The notes beneath the pieces are model-generated. The model searched no databases. It worked only from the letters and a program-made list of their open reading frames with translations, and was not told the origin of the DNA. From NCBI GenBank assembly GCA_964016885.1, contig OZ024754.1:3782001-3846000 (forward strand): 64,000 bases of DNA, read 5' to 3'. The position numbers were made by a program, and so were the translations under genes. Positions 57,916 to 64,000 of the stretch are shown in pieces. Numbering within the stretch: position 1 is the stretch's first letter; each line of letters opens with the position of its first letter. This DNA is from Eledone cirrhosa. Its lineage: Eukaryota.

Positions 57916-58209
57916 GACGTAAATATTTTCACGACTTCAGAAGTAAAAACGTCAAAATTAATCTGATGGAATTTGGATTATGGTGTTAATGTGATACAAG
58001 TGAACATCACAAAACAATGTTAGTTGCTTTGTATTGAATCTGGCCCAACATCCACCATAAAAAATAATTATAATAGATTATTTTTGTCTAAATGTTTGAC
58101 TTCGAAACAGGAGAAAGTCCCGCTTCTTTCATTGTCTCTCGTTGCATCACTCTCAGCCAGCTCTCTTGGTTTAAACACGCAGACACAGACACACAGACAC
58201 CACACACTT

Positions 58210-58243
<34 letters not shown>

Positions 58244-58329
58244 TCATATATATAAGCATATATACATGTATATATATGTGCGTATGTGCATACATACATT
58301 TATATATTTACATACATACATACCTACAA

Positions 58330-58364
<35 letters not shown>

Positions 58365-58836
58365 CATATCATTATAATTTGTGTTTATTTGATCATGTGT
58401 AGTATACAGTGATATTGTTGACATAACAGCGTATATCTGTACACTAAAAACACAGTCATTATCTCTGTCTAGTTCTTCATGTTAAAGTGCATCAGATACC
58501 AGATGTTGAAGATATATATACACTAATAGAAAGAAATACTTCCCATAATTCTTAGCTAGATACTGGAATTCTGCAAAATATTTTCTCTTTTCTCATTTGT
58601 AGTCATTTTCTCAATTTGCTACAGTTTTAACTGTCAGAGTTTTGTACGACTGACTATCTATAGACCTACTTTGAAATCCTAAACTTACAGTCACACACTG
58701 CATTCTATACATACATTAATTGACACGCCAGCATGTGCAATGCAACCACAAAAGCGTCCAGGTTTTCACATATTCCCATATGTACATACTCATGCTCTCT
58801 CTCTCTCTCACATACACACACACACACACGCACACA

Positions 58837-58887
<51 letters not shown>

Positions 58888-59051
58888 TTCAAGAATAAAA
58901 AGACGAATTCAGAGATTTATGAAGTGTTATCAGTTTCACGATTGGGAAGGAAAATAAATAAATATTTTAACATATCGTGTATTAGTCCTTCATCAAGACA
59001 GAGGAATATATATATACGTATATATATATATGTATCATAGGTATTAGGTGT

Positions 59052-59105
<54 letters not shown>

Positions 59106-59141
59106 TTAGAGCAAACACCACGGGCGCTCTATCTCAAAATT

Positions 59142-59179
59142 ATTTTTGAAAAGCATTAGAAATGCGCAACCGGTAGAAT
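59142..59179 (+). ncRNA. Hammerhead-like fold, family E (TTGAAAA core, GCAA in place of GAAA)
   Basis: attt-TTGAAAA-GCAT tagaa ATGC-GCAA-ccgg-TA-gaat. Confidence 0.4.
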
Positions 59180-59251
59180 CTTAAAATATATATAATATAT
59201 ATATATGGTGTGCTCCTCGTGTATCTGTGTGGGTTATTGTAACCTATATAA

Positions 59252-59442
59252 TAATTGTTTCTACTTTTGGCACAAGGCCAGCAATTACTCAGTGCATTAC
59301 TGGTACTTTATTTTATCGACCCCGTAAGGATGAAAGGCAAAGTTAACCTCGGCGGGATTTGAACTCAGATCATAAAGGGACGTGACTCTATGCTTCAAAG
59401 CATGGTGTCCGACTCTCTACCGATACTGCCAATCCACCGCCC
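59252..59442 (-). mobile_element. SINE copy
   Basis: Full length; cctatataat on both sides. Confidence 0.92.
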
Positions 59443-60754
59443 TATATAATTACTGTGATTCAATTTTGGCTGTAGTCCTTTATCGAAAATGAAAATGTCA
59501 TGTTTAACTCACACTACACAGCCAGCTATTTCTCGCCTGAATCTATATTCGTTGTTTGCGTGTGGTGCTGAGAGAAGGATCGTGAAGGTTTTTCTTTGTG
59601 GACAGAATTGTTATATCTATATTTAAATTCCCAACGGTATACCATCGTTAATTAGTTTAGATTAAATAATATATCACCAGTTAGATAATGATGGTTACTG
59701 CTATCACTAAAAGTGTATTTTGAAATGATATTTCTTTGTGTTATTTACATGAAGTACTCTAGTCTTTCTTTGCTACGAAATGTTCACGCGGAATGCGTTA
59801 CTGACTATATTTTTCTCCCGTCATTCTCCAAAGAACATATAAGGAAGTGCGTGTGTGTATGCGAGAATATCGCTGAATGTACTCGTGATTTGCATGAGTG
59901 CTTATGTATAAGCCAGTGTGTAAGTGTGAAAAAAGAGAGAAGGAAAGATAGTGAAAAAGAGAAAGAGAGTGAGAAAGGGAGGACGAGAGAGATAGAGAGG
60001 GGAGCGAAAGAGATGAGGGTATAAACCTTTGTGTCTGTGTGTGTGTGCGTTTGTGTCTGCTTCTGCTTGTGTACGTCATGCACAAGTGTAATTGTGTTTG
60101 AAGTTATGAGAAATGTGATCGAAAGTTGTAAGTAACCCCACCACCACCAACACCAACTTTCAACAACAGCGCCACCACCGCCCTAACGAGAACAAGGGGA
60201 AGTCATTTCTTAGAGAATGAAGTCAAAACAAAACAGAAAAATCAAGAAATGTAAGTGGAGCAATATGTGACATATCAAAGTTAAACTGGTATGTAGAACA
60301 GTCTGCTGTGGCAGATAGTCATGAACAATATAACGTTAGTAGTGGAATAGTTGAAGTACGGCACAATCTCCATTATTTAGTGCTAGGGAGGCCATTTTAC
60401 GTGTTCTATTTTCATATCGTATTTTATCTTATTTCCCTTTTTAATATTTTCGAAAATATGTAATCTTCTCCTTTTCCTTCAGTCGTCGTACCACAGTACA
60501 ATGTTTCGTATCTTACGTGTATTTTTTTCTTAACCAACATATAAATCATTTTGACAATCGTTTGTCATTTAACGGTTAATTTCTGTCATAACAGATGTAT
60601 ATTTTTATTTATAAATTCTCTTCTTAAGACACTTAAAAGAACTCGCGATGTTCCAGAATATTACATTCAAACATACATACATAGTATATACACACATAAA
60701 CGAATACTTATATACATACATGCACACACACAGACACACACGTATATATATATG

Positions 60755-60852
<98 letters not shown>

Positions 60853-60952
60853 AGTGTGTGTGTATGTAAAACGTGAACACAACTAACAACACAATCGGTA
60901 CAGTATATGGAAGGGATATATTAGGTTAACGTTCGATATAGCAGGAAGTGGG

Positions 60953-60988
60953 TCTTAACGTTTCAGACGCTAGTCCTTCACCAGAAGA
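60953..60988 (-). ncRNA. Minimal type I hammerhead-like fold, family G (A6G copy)
   Basis: TCTT-CTGGTGA-a-GGAC tagc GTCT-GAAA-cg-TT-AAGA; decayed relatives near 58970-59000 and 2292-2308. Confidence 0.45.
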
Positions 60989-61124
60989 AAGAATGTGAAA
61001 TAAGATAGATTGAGGGGACGGGTGGGTTGGAATTGGAAAAAATGTCTTTAGATAAAAATATAAAATATATATATTTGCTATACGGTTTTTAGTCTTTTTA
61101 GTCTTTACATTTATTATTATTACT

Positions 61125-61225
<101 letters not shown>

Positions 61226-61875
61226 ATGTTTCGAAGCCAATAAACAAACTGGTGTCGATTATTCCTTTATCTCCACTTCAGACATATTTTGTATTTCTTT
61301 CACTCGATTTCTCTGAAGGAAATAAGCTGTATTTAGATCTAGAAAGTGACTGGTTTCACGAGGTTTACAAGGAGAAATATCAATTTGTATAGCACTAAGT
61401 CTCTTCTAAGACTATCCAGAAAGAACCTTGTTTCTTAGGCATTGAGCGACTCTCTCTCACTTCTTTCCCCCCTCTCTCACTCTCTCACTCACGCCTTTCC
61501 CCTCTCTCTCACTCTCTCTCCTTTCCTCATTCTTCCCCCCTCTCTTTCTCTCCAGCCACACCTCTCTCTCACTCTTTCTCTTCATGGTTTAGAAATTAAC
61601 AAAGTAATAATCCAGAAGAGATCACAAGCATACATGCATGCATATATATACAAGTATGCACACGAGTTGCATTCTAAGAAATGTTATGTAGATTTGTAAG
61701 AGAATACGGTCCCACACCTCCAAAGACACACTCCATCCTCTCACTCTTCCACTTTAGAGACAGGCGGTAAGGTAATTAGAAGCAATTTGGGGCAGGTCAG
61801 ATGCAGGTTTTTATAAAACTCTATTTATCACATGGTGAAATGCACTGTTAAGGTATAAGGTTACATGAACTTCGC

Positions 61876-61920
61876 AGACAGAAAGACTGACGAACAAACA
61901 CACACACAGAGGCACGCACA

Positions 61921-61991
<71 letters not shown>

Positions 61992-62156
61992 ACACACACA
62001 CACACACAGTCACGCACAAGCACACACACACACACAGAAAGACTGACGAACCAACACACACACACACAGAGGCACGCACAAGCACATACACAACCACACA
62101 CACGCACGCACATAGACACACAGAAAGACTGACGAACCAACACACACACACACGCG

Positions 62157-62248
<92 letters not shown>
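61876..62248. repeat. CA-based minisatellite with unit cagaaagactgacgaac repeated 3 times
   Basis: Unit near 61879, 62035 and 62121, separated by (CA)n. Confidence 0.8.
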
Positions 62249-62252
<4 letters not shown>

Positions 62253-62378
62253 CATATTAATATATCTACATACATTTTGAAGTTATGTTCATTCAAATAC
62301 GAGCGCTTAACAGATTCTTAGACACTGATATGTGTTAGACACTCTTTCTTTCCGCTTCCCTCTCTCTTTCTTTATATA

Positions 62379-62419
<41 letters not shown>

Positions 62420-62575
62420 GTATATATATATGCGTGTGTGCCTGCATTTACAAAACTATGTATATGAATGTATATGTGTGAGAGAATGTGTACGTGTTTT
62501 TGTGCGTGGTACTTTGGTTGAAGAATTTAGGCATATACATATTAAATATTTAATTATGAAGTTATTCTGTATCCA

Positions 62576-62686
<111 letters not shown>

Positions 62687-62809
62687 TATATACATATATC
62701 CATAAGCAGAAGGGATATTCAATTTGTTGGTAATTCAACAAATATAAATGTTTATAACTGATTCAGAGCACTCGACAGATTTTCTGGAGTATAATATTCA
62801 ATGATAGTA

Positions 62810-62952
62810 AATAAATGGAAACTATATTTATAAAACCATATTTATTCTATTATATATATTTCAAGGGTACCAAAAACTTTGGTACGCTTTCATCATCAGA
62901 TAAAATACAAAGTGTGTTTAATAAATTTTGACATAGCCAAGGAACATACCTT
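62810..62952 (-). mobile_element. Family D insert; hammerhead at 62845-62905
   Basis: ttttat-CTGATGA(tga)-aagcgtaccaaa gtt tttggtaccctt-GAAA-tatata-TA-atagaa; homologous to 8461-8645. Confidence 0.65.
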
Positions 62953-62984
62953 GTATATATATATATATACATATATGCACACAC

Positions 62985-63064
<80 letters not shown>

Positions 63065-63070
<6 letters not shown>

Positions 63071-63313
63071 ATACTTTGGCAGGGTCATGTTGCCAATAAG
63101 AAACACACGCACCAGTTGCTTTCACTTCAATTTATTATAATAAATTTATAAATTTAGGAATTTATAAATTTCCGGTTGGTTGGTTCCATAATCAGATGGT
63201 TGTTTATATATTGTCAAAGTTCTTTCGTCACACATTCTGTGACCTCTTCAGTGACTGGGGATTCTTTTCCTTGTTTTTGTGCCTCTACTTTGTTCAGTCC
63301 TACGCCATTTTGT
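63065..63313 (-). mobile_element. Family C insert
   Basis: Reverse-complement homolog of 38955-39208. Confidence 0.8.
63213..63255 (-). ncRNA. Type I hammerhead ribozyme, family C (intact core)
   Basis: GTCA-CTGAAGA-g-GTCAC agaatgt GTGAC-GAAA-gaac-TT-TGAC. Confidence 0.65.
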
Positions 63314-63348
63314 TTCTGTGTGTGTGTGAAACGATACATATATATCTA

Positions 63349-63440
<92 letters not shown>

Positions 63441-63443
63441 TAC

Positions 63444-63488
<45 letters not shown>

Positions 63489-63758
63489 TGTAGAAGTTTC
63501 TGTTCGAGCATATATATGAACTTGATTGTCATATTTCAATCGTATCGATATCGATCAGCTCACGGTACAATCTCACTGCCCTAGGTCCATGTTATTCCTT
63601 GACATCTAATCAGATATGCGTGGTTCGTTTCCTGTTTCTGTGTACAATGAGACAGTTAAACTGGTCATTATACCGTGAACTGATCGATAAGGAAATGATT
63701 ATAATATGCCAATAAAATGTATTTATCTGCTGCAACAGTGACTTCGATCCTACATATA

Positions 63759-63882
63759 TTAATTACACCCTGGACCCTAGAGCCAACTAACTCTTGGATA
63801 GAACCCAACACGTTTCAAGATCCGTCTCGTGTTGGGTTCTAACCCAGAGTTAACTTGGCTCTAGTGTCCAGGGTGTAATTAA
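63759..63882. mobile_element. Short palindromic MITE-like element
   Basis: About 54-bp inverted arms ttaattacaccctgga...cccaacacg / cgtgttggg...tccagggtgtaattaa. Confidence 0.65.
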
Positions 63883-63985
63883 TTGTTTCTACTTTTGGGG
63901 CAAGGCCAGCAATTATCCCAGTGTATTACTGGTGCTTTAATACACTGGGATAATTGCTGGCCTTGTGCCAAAAGTAGAAACAGTT
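63881..63985. repeat. Fold-back of the SINE 3' tail
   Basis: Minus-strand tail 63881-63937 directly followed by plus-strand tail 63938-63985. Confidence 0.8.
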
Positions 63986-64000
63986 ATTTACACCCGGCAG

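Overview
AT-rich eukaryotic non-coding DNA, intronic or intergenic, packed with microsatellites: (TA)n, (CA)n, (GA)n, (ATGT)n, (GATA)n and (ATT)n. The repeat content looks like an octopod cephalopod (inference from the Nin-domain tRNA-SINE and microsatellite density). Almost all ORFs in the track are microsatellite artefacts and no host gene can be called with confidence; there is one candidate 6-codon first exon near 12.0 kb. The real content is transposons. (1) A 5'-truncated, stop-free Penelope-like (Naiad-type) GIY-YIG ORF at 33.9-34.6 kb. (2) About seven families of short inserts, mostly embedded in (TA)n, that carry full or partial type I hammerhead-ribozyme folds, including U3-A8 and U4A core variants; many have fold-back palindromic 5' ends. 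(3) More than 20 copies of one tRNA-derived SINE, several with ATTAT-starting target-site duplications. (4) Fragments of R4/Dong-, Tx1- and RTE-type LINEs, each tied to its own microsatellite type. (5) A few MITEs. All calls come from reading the sequence by eye; no database search or folding program was run.
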